Shown piece by piece: positions 58,454-64,000 of a stretch of 64,000 nucleotides of DNA (the first letter of the stretch is position 1; each line of letters begins with the position of its first letter). The stretch is taken from positions 33,412 to 97,411 of the forward strand of contig CAMGZM010000007.1 of assembly GCA_946183145.1 (NCBI GenBank), in the 5' to 3' direction. A program made the translations under genes and the position numbers. Below the pieces are notes generated by a model. It was not told the origin of the DNA. It saw only the letters and a program-made list of their open reading frames with translations, and searched no databases. This DNA is from an uncultured Fretibacterium sp. (GTDB lineage Bacteria; Synergistota; Synergistia; Synergistales; Aminobacteriaceae).

Positions 58454-58759
58454 TGCAAGAGTGTAAGCACAAACAGGGGGACTTATTTTTTTTGTAGTAC
58501 AGAGCTGAAAGAGGAAGCAGAACGCGGAGAATTTGACCCTTGCACCGAGTTTGAATTGATGACTGAGCTGAAAACGTTTATTGAGAACTTAACGATTGAC
58601 TTTGAGAGATTCATAACACATCATACTGTATCAGCTAATCTCAACTGCCGTAACTTTCAGGCAAGCAAGCACGAAATATTAGAGGAGCTTCAATACGCGA
58701 TTGACAACACAGACCTTGACGAATTAGCCCGACTCAGAGCCGCAAAGAAGAGGCTGTAA
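58454..58759 (+). pseudogene. C-terminal remnant of a radical-SAM-type protein
   Basis: The frame is open from 58454 but has no credible start or RBS. ...GEFDPCTEFELMTELKTFIENLTIDFERFITHHTVSANL... resembles the C-terminal tail of B12-binding/radical SAM proteins. No N-terminal part is present. Confidence 0.4.
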
Positions 58760-58772
58760 CAACAAAAATTTT

Positions 58773-58804
58773 TCCCCTTCATGAGAACGTGAGGGGGATT
58801 TTTT
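58773..58804 (+). terminator. Rho-independent terminator
   Basis: 8-bp stem TCCCCTTC / GAGGGGGA, followed by T6. Confidence 0.7.
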
Positions 58805-58857
58805 CTGCGTATGCTAATATATCTCACATCACTTTTTCCACAAAGGAATGATTTTTC

Positions 58858-59127
58858 ATGAAAGCCGTAATGACCGTAACAGCTCAGGACAGAGTCGGAA
58901 TTATCGCGGGCGTTTGCTCGTTGCTTGCCGGAATGGGCGTGAATATTCTCGACCTGAGTCAGACAGTAATGCAGGGAATCTTCACGATGACTCTTCTTGT
59001 CGACACATCAACATCATCACATACATTTGACGAAATTCGGACGGCGTTAATGACTCGCGGCGAAAAAGAATCGCTCAACATTCACATACAGCGGGCGGAT
59101 ATTTTCGAGGCTATGCACAGGGTGTAA
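58858..59127 (+). CDS. ACT-domain protein (UPF0237 family)
   Basis: 89 aa. [36 protein letters not shown]... Conserved partner of the DUF711 gene. Confidence 0.8.
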   Translation: MKAVMTVTAQDRVGIIAGVCSLLAGMGVNILDLSQTVMQGIFTMTLLVDTSTSSHTFDEIRTALMTRGEKESLNIHIQRADIFEAMHRV

Positions 59128-59129
59128 AC

Positions 59130-60488
59130 ATGCTTAACATATCTGACATAATGCAGACGGTCAACATGATCGATCATCAGCATTTAGACATACGGACAAT
59201 AACGCTCGGAATATCTTTGTACGATTGCGCAAGCTCTGACATTCACAAATGCGCCCGTAAGATTCGCGAAAAGATTTGCAGGAAGGCCGAAAATCTCGTG
59301 AAAGTCGGCTGTGAAATCGAGAATGAGTACGGTATTCCCATCGTCAACAAAAGAATCTCCGTTACGCCAATCGCCGAAATTGCCGCGTCATGTGAAAGTG
59401 ATGATTATTCGGTGATCGGCCATGCCCTGAATGATGCCGCGTCAGAATGCGGAGTAAATTTCATCGGGGGATTCTCTGCGTTAGTGCATAAAGGCTTCAC
59501 TGAGTCCGACAAAAGATTAATCGCCTCAATTCCCCGCACGCTCGCAGAAACTGAGCTTGTATGCTCATCCGTCAACGTAGCCACAACGAAAGCCGGAATC
59601 AACATGGACGCAGTTGCGATGATGGGACGAATCATAAAGGAGACTGCGAATCTTACGGCGGACAAAAACGGACTCGGCTGTGCAAAGCTCGTAATATTTG
59701 CGAACGCTGTAGAAGATAATCCCTTCATGGCCGGAGCGTTTCACGGAGCTGGCGAGCCTGAATGCGTGATTAATGTCGGAGTGTCAGGGCCGGGAGTTGT
59801 GTGGCGCGCATTGCAGGACGTAAAGGGCGAAAGTTTTGACGTTGTAGCAGAGACTGTAAAGCGTACAGCATTCCGCATAACTCGTATGGGTCAGGTTGTG
59901 GCTAATGCAGCGTCTGAAAGATTAGGGATTCCGTTCGGGATTGTCGATTTGTCATTGGCACCGACTCCGGCAAAGGGCGACTCAGTTGCGAGGATTCTTG
60001 AGGAGATGGGACTCAAAGTCTGCGGGACTCACGGAACAACGGCGGCACTTGCTTTGCTGAATGATGCTGTGAAGAAAGGCGGCGTGATGGCATCCGGCCA
60101 TGTCGGGGGATTATCGGGCGCATTTATCCCGGTGAGCGAGGACGAAGGAATGATTCACGCGGTGAAGTCCGGGGCATTGAGCATAGAGAAATTAGAGGCT
60201 ATGACGTGCGTATGCTCTGTAGGTCTCGACATGATAGCAGTTCCGGGGGACACGAGCGCACAGACTATAGCGGCGATAATTGCGGACGAGTCAGCGATCG
60301 GAGTCATCAACAACAAGACTACAGCCGTAAGAGTCATACCTGCGCCGGGGAAAAGTGTCGGCGATTCTGTGGAGTTCGGCGGGTTATTGGGGAATGCTCC
60401 CGTAATGCGCGTGAATAATGCGGGAAGTGATGAATTTGTAGCAAGAGGAGGAAGAATCCCGGCTCCGATTCACAGCCTGAGGAATTAA
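59130..60488 (+). CDS. UPF0210/DUF711 ('PFL-like') family protein
   Basis: 452 aa. ...[11 protein letters not shown]...GGFSALV...VDLSLAPTP... pattern of the DUF711 family. Confidence 0.85.
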   Translation: MLNISDIMQTVNMIDHQHLDIRTITLGISLYDCASSDIHKCARKIREKICRKAENLVKVGCEIENEYGIPIVNKRISVTPIAEIAASCESDDYSVIGHALNDAASECGVNFIGGFSALVHKGFTESDKRLIASIPRTLAETELVCSSVNVATTKAGINMDAVAMMGRIIKETANLTADKNGLGCAKLVIFANAVEDNPFMAGAFHGAGEPECVINVGVSGPGVVWRALQDVKGESFDVVAETVKRTAFRITRMGQVVANAASERLGIPFGIVDLSLAPTPAKGDSVARILEEMGLKVCGTHGTTAALALLNDAVKKGGVMASGHVGGLSGAFIPVSEDEGMIHAVKSGALSIEKLEAMTCVCSVGLDMIAVPGDTSAQTIAAIIADESAIGVINNKTTAVRVIPAPGKSVGDSVEFGGLLGNAPVMRVNNAGSDEFVARGGRIPAPIHSLRN

Positions 60489-60525
60489 TTACTGATTATG
60501 CGCTAAGTAATTTGGATAATGCATA

Positions 60526-60552
60526 TTGACCCCCCCCCCTATAAGTTAGAAT
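60526..60552 (+). promoter_or_regulatory. putative promoter with a poly-C tract in the spacer
   Basis: TTGACC (60526-60531), a 15-nt spacer dominated by the C run, then TAGAAT (60547-60552). Confidence 0.4.
60530..60539 (+). repeat. homopolymeric C10 tract
   Basis: Ten consecutive C at 60530-60539, the longest G/C homopolymer I saw in the window. Confidence 0.95.
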
Positions 60553-60625
60553 ACATCAATCAAACACATTCGACTCTATGAATATCCCGGCATTAGTATA
60601 TTCATTGAAAGGGGGACAAAAGATT

Positions 60626-61045
60626 ATGCCGCGTCAGGCACATCACGGAGATATTATCAAAGTCAATCATGCTTTATACGCTCATTACGGCGTTTATGTT
60701 GACGGCGGGAGAGTCATTCATTACACCGACACAAGCGGAGGAGACTTCAAAGGCGTTGTGCAGGAGACATCATTGTTGTCATCATTCCTTAACGGTGAAA
60801 GCAGCTATTCAGTGTGCGAATTTGACCCCAGGGATTACCCGCATATATATTTGCCTGAAGAGACTGTGAGACGCGCAAGAAGCAAAATCAACGAGGGAGG
60901 CTACAACTTCTTCACGCATAACTGTGAACATTTTGCGGTTTGGTGCAAGACAGGCAAATACGAATCATCGCAGGTATCAGGCTACAAACCTATAAAAATT
61001 GCGGACGGTGTATTTTCGGCAATCGAGGACTTGTTCTCATTCTAA
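60626..61045 (+). CDS. LRAT/NlpC-P60 superfamily (NC-domain) protein
   Basis: H...C catalytic pattern: HYGVYVDGGRVIHY and NCEHFAVWCKTG. ATG 60626 lies after an AAGGGGGA RBS. Confidence 0.7.
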   Translation: MPRQAHHGDIIKVNHALYAHYGVYVDGGRVIHYTDTSGGDFKGVVQETSLLSSFLNGESSYSVCEFDPRDYPHIYLPEETVRRARSKINEGGYNFFTHNCEHFAVWCKTGKYESSQVSGYKPIKIADGVFSAIEDLFSF

Positions 61046-61069
61046 TAATTTTACAGGGGGGCTATCATT

Positions 61070-61441
61070 ATGACGGATTCACAAAATTCAAAGTGTCATG
61101 GAATAATTCACACGGCATCACTTGCAGCTGCGGCGGCGGGCGGAGGAATGGCACAGCTTCCCGGCTCTGACGCAATCCCGATAACGGCGGCGCAGATCAC
61201 TATGATTATTTCTCTCGGCGCGGTGTTTGATATTCCTGTGAGCAGGTCAGCGGCTCAAGCGATTCTCAAAGGGCTTGCGGGTGCTGCGGGGGGAAGATTT
61301 GTTTCACAACTTCTTGTAGGATGGATTCTCGGACTGGGCAATGTCATAAACGCTTCAACAGCTGCGGCAATAACAGAGAAGCTCGGCTGGAAAGCTGCTG
61401 AGAAATTCGACAGGGAATCACGTCAGAGAATAACAGCATAA
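61070..61441 (+). CDS. small Gly/Ala-rich hypothetical protein (possibly membrane-associated)
   Basis: 123 aa. AAAAAGGG and GLAGAAGG segments. Starts 25 nt after the LRAT-like gene. Family not recognised. Confidence 0.45.
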   Translation: MTDSQNSKCHGIIHTASLAAAAAGGGMAQLPGSDAIPITAAQITMIISLGAVFDIPVSRSAAQAILKGLAGAAGGRFVSQLLVGWILGLGNVINASTAAAITEKLGWKAAEKFDRESRQRITA

Positions 61442-61497
61442 TAACATCACCGAAAATTCACGGGGCTGTCTGAAATATGGCGGCCTCGTTTTGTGTT

Positions 61498-61911
61498 TCA
61501 TATCCGTGAAATAATGTCGCTGAGTTTTACGGCATTCAAATTTTCCTCGAATGACTCTTGAATCTCATCAAGATACAATCCCAGCGCATTACGAATATTT
61601 TTCCCGACCGGGCATTTCGGATTAGGATTCGGATGGAAGCGGAACAATTTTCCCTTCACGCTTTCGACAGCAACATAGACATCATAGAGTGTAATATTTT
61701 CGGGCAGCCTTGAGAGTCTCATACCGCTTACACCCCGCGAGACATCAACAAGTCCGGCAGCTTTGAGCCGTGATATTATCTGCCTTATGATTACGGGGTT
61801 AGTGTTTACGCTTGACGCTACGAACTCGCTTGTTACGTTTTGTGAGTCCTGAAAGTAATCTATGCACGTGAGAATGTGAACAGCAACGGCGAATCGTCCT
61901 GAGATCTGCAA
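61498..61911 (-). CDS. Rrf2-family transcriptional regulator
   Basis: 137 aa. MQISGRFAVAVHILTCI... wHTH. TTG start 7 nt after GAGGGG. Confidence 0.85.
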   Translation of the reverse strand: MQISGRFAVAVHILTCIDYFQDSQNVTSEFVASSVNTNPVIIRQIISRLKAAGLVDVSRGVSGMRLSRLPENITLYDVYVAVESVKGKLFRFHPNPNPKCPVGKNIRNALGLYLDEIQESFEENLNAVKLSDIISRI

Positions 61912-61948
61912 AATTTATCCCCTCAATAAAAAAAGACTTCCGGCCATT

Positions 61949-62134
61949 CTGAGCCTCCCCAAGCGGGGTTTGTAAGAAGTTTGATTTTAAGTCTCCACCC
62001 GTTTACACAGGCATCCTTATTCTTAAAGGCGTGGCCAGTCCGCCCCTAGCAACGCCCCGTAAGGGACTGTATAGCCCTTGAAAGGACACAACATTACTTT
62101 ATACATTTTTGGTAACGCGGAATGACTAACCGCG
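61949..62134 (-). repeat. copy B of the ~185-nt structured repeat (inverted relative to copy A)
   Basis: Its reverse complement aligns end to end with 58228-58412. On the minus strand it is followed by a T7 run (61928-61934) and then the Rrf2 start. Confidence 0.8.
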
Positions 62135-62176
62135 AAAATATAACCGAAAGTCTTTGTAATTCGCTGTTTTCTGTGA

Positions 62177-63034
62177 TTACTCGCTGAACAATGCGCCCGC
62201 GCTCATCTCAAGATATGCTTCTCCGTTGTAATCCGGGAATGCTTTTTTGACCGCTGAAATAAATTCTGCCCTGTTCTTTGATGTCTTTGCAGTCTCAAGC
62301 ACTTTCTCAAGATACGCTATTTTCTCGTCAACGGCTGTCTTTCCTTCCGGCGCGTTATGGCTCGTGAGGATTAATGAGTAGCCTTTGTCCTTGTAGCCTT
62401 TAAGCTCTGATATTTCGGCCTCAATGTAGGGAATCGCCGGGAGAATGTTATGAGTCTTTGAACCCATCATATGACGGTACACTGCGTTAATCGCAGGAAC
62501 ATATACACCGTAGCCCTCGCCGTCAGACTCGTGAAGAATCACGAAATCCATTCCCGCAAGTTTCAGTGTGTCGCCCTCCTTGATGATTTCAGCCTTGACG
62601 GGCAAATCTTCCGCAACTTTATCGCCCGCAGCCTGAATGAAGCTCTGAGTCAGATTCCAGACGCTTCCGCCTTCAGCCCAGCTTTTGAGGGCAGTTTCTG
62701 TCGCGTAAATCTTCACATCGCCGTATGACTTGTAGCCGTTGGGATGATACGAGAAAAGTGCGCCCGCTACAGGTTTTCCCAATGACGCAATATATTCCGC
62801 AAACGCTTTGACGTTCTCACGGTACGCAGTTGACTCTATCAGCACGAGTCCTTCAGGCGATTCAACAACGTAGCAGTAATCATTCATGTTGTCGCCCGTT
62901 CCGTAAGCATGAAGTTTCACGCCGCCGTCAAAATCCGTAACGCTCATGTTCCCGACGCTGACTCCCGCCGCGAATCCTGAACCCGCAAGCACCGCAACAG
63001 CCAATAATGCCGCAAAAATTTTCCTCATCATCAA
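62177..63034 (-). CDS. exported hypothetical protein (possibly MBL-fold-like)
   Basis: 285 aa. Signal MMMRKIFAALLAVAVLAGSGFA. No clean HxHxDH motif seen, so the family call is weak. Confidence 0.4.
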   Translation of the reverse strand: MMMRKIFAALLAVAVLAGSGFAAGVSVGNMSVTDFDGGVKLHAYGTGDNMNDYCYVVESPEGLVLIESTAYRENVKAFAEYIASLGKPVAGALFSYHPNGYKSYGDVKIYATETALKSWAEGGSVWNLTQSFIQAAGDKVAEDLPVKAEIIKEGDTLKLAGMDFVILHESDGEGYGVYVPAINAVYRHMMGSKTHNILPAIPYIEAEISELKGYKDKGYSLILTSHNAPEGKTAVDEKIAYLEKVLETAKTSKNRAEFISAVKKAFPDYNGEAYLEMSAGALFSE

Positions 63035-63670
63035 TTACTCCTTCACAACTGAAATTCTCTGCCTGATATGTTTTCCGCTGACAGCCTCATCAATCATAGC
63101 GATTGCGTAATCTGCATAGCTTATGACACTTTCACCCTTTGCGTTTAACGTAAGCTCCTCGCCCGCAAGAATATATTTCCCGGTCCGTTCTCCTTCTGCC
63201 TGAAAATCTGACGCGGGACTAACGTACGTCCATTTCACATCATCACGTTTGCGTAACTCGCCCAATGCTTTTGCCGCTGCTGTTGCTACTGGCATATACG
63301 ATTCGGGGAAGCCTTCTGCCTGGAAATACTGCTTTGTGTGTTCCTTGTTGACGTAGAGACTTCCTGCGCCGCCAATAATCAGTAGTCTTGTCTCACTCCC
63401 TGAAAGAGCATCGCACAAAACCTTCTGTGTGTCGCTGTAAAGGTGAAGTGTTGAAGGCTCCCAAGCTCCGAAAGCGTCAATCACAACATCAAATCCCTTG
63501 AGATCTTCCGCCGTTATGTCAAGAATGTCTCTCTTGATTGTGTGAGGGGCGTTAGTCTTGTTTTCACCGCGCACTACAGCCGTAACATCAAGCCCGCGCT
63601 TTAACGCCTCGTCAACAATAAGCCTTCCTGCTTTGCCGTTCGCGCATACTACTGCAACTTTCATCCGCAA
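63035..63670 (-). CDS. NAD(P)H-binding (NmrA/atypical SDR-like) protein
   Basis: 211 aa. MKVAVVCANGKAGRLIV Rossmann start. Confidence 0.75.
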   Translation of the reverse strand: MRMKVAVVCANGKAGRLIVDEALKRGLDVTAVVRGENKTNAPHTIKRDILDITAEDLKGFDVVIDAFGAWEPSTLHLYSDTQKVLCDALSGSETRLLIIGGAGSLYVNKEHTKQYFQAEGFPESYMPVATAAAKALGELRKRDDVKWTYVSPASDFQAEGERTGKYILAGEELTLNAKGESVISYADYAIAMIDEAVSGKHIRQRISVVKE

Positions 63671-63740
63671 AATTCCTCCTGTAAATGTTATTGTTACACC
63701 GAAAATTTTACAGCGTAAAAGTGTAATGTCAACTGTTACA

Positions 63741-64000
63741 TTAAAATCTCAGCTCGTCAAAAATTTCTCCGTCAAGAGTCTTCCATTGCATTCCCCATTC
63801 GTTAAGCATAATGTAGCCTCGTTTGCTTCCGTTTCGTGGCAATGATACAGAGCCGGGATTAGCGTAGATGATTCCTCCGTCAAGTTTCACACATGAAGGT
63901 GTATGCGTATGACCCTGAAGAATTATATCGGCTTTAGGGTGATTGTTGATGCCGTATTTATGTCCGTGTGTCGCAAAAATCACTTTATCCCCGACAAGCA
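63741..64000 (-). CDS. YfcE/MJ0936-family metallophosphoesterase, C-terminal part (5' end outside the window)
   Basis: ...ATHGHKYG...ILQGHTHTPS...NPGSVSLPR... motifs. The ORF stays open to the window edge. Confidence 0.75.
   Translation of the reverse strand, partial: LVGDKVIFATHGHKYGINNHPKADIILQGHTHTPSCVKLDGGIIYANPGSVSLPRNGSKRGYIMLNEWGMQWKTLDGEIFDELRF

Noticed and set aside
58228-62134. Interpretation of the inverted repeats as the ends of a classical IS or composite transposon
   Set aside because: No transposase, integrase or invertase gene lies between or beside them. The interior genes are ordinary metabolic or regulatory genes. I saw no target-site duplication. The interpretation is kept only as a weaker alternative within the main finding.

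Overview
This 64-kb chromosomal window appears to come from an anaerobic diderm bacterium. The evidence is KDO/LPS genes, Na+-decarboxylase subunits, a type III glutamine synthetase and an ECF-type ThiT. Synergistota- or Negativicutes-like is only a guess. From 0 to 37 kb the content is mostly housekeeping: a purine permease tail, glnN, a cation antiporter, a KDO/LPS block (GT4, ELM1-like, kdsB, kdsD, aspartate kinase, kdsA), fba, methylmalonyl-CoA decarboxylase-type subunits, pfkA, rho, polA, a PpiD-like chaperone and carB. This stretch also holds a six-tRNA cluster, a brnTA module, an orphan prepilin, the dcw genes murD-ftsW-murG, and cbiA-thiT behind a TPP riboswitch. From 37 to 64 kb the content looks accessory: two modular lipoproteins, a cadC/cadA-type metal pair, LysR, a yafQ-type TA module, exported hydrolase and reductase genes, and a gtrB-like glycan-modification block. 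It also carries cobS plus a CobU-like gene, a CDF transporter, an ACT+DUF711 pair, an LRAT-like gene pair and an Rrf2 regulator. I saw no CRISPR array, transposase, integrase or recognisable defence operon. Four signals stand out. (1) There are three simple-sequence contingency loci. An 8-mer x7 tract inside the 5' end of an AT3 acyltransferase leaves it out of frame. A 7-mer x6 tract lies between a consensus promoter and the gtrB-like start. A C10 tract fills the spacer of a promoter ahead of the LRAT-like pair. (2) A ~185-nt structured repeat occurs as two ~90% identical inverted copies bracketing a 3.5-kb gene block. (3) A divergent third relative of that repeat forms an anomalous ~310-bp spacer between ftsW and murG. 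(4) A promoter-to-terminator rod-like sRNA candidate lies at 53.6 kb. All functional calls come from reading the translations and motifs by eye; no database search was run.
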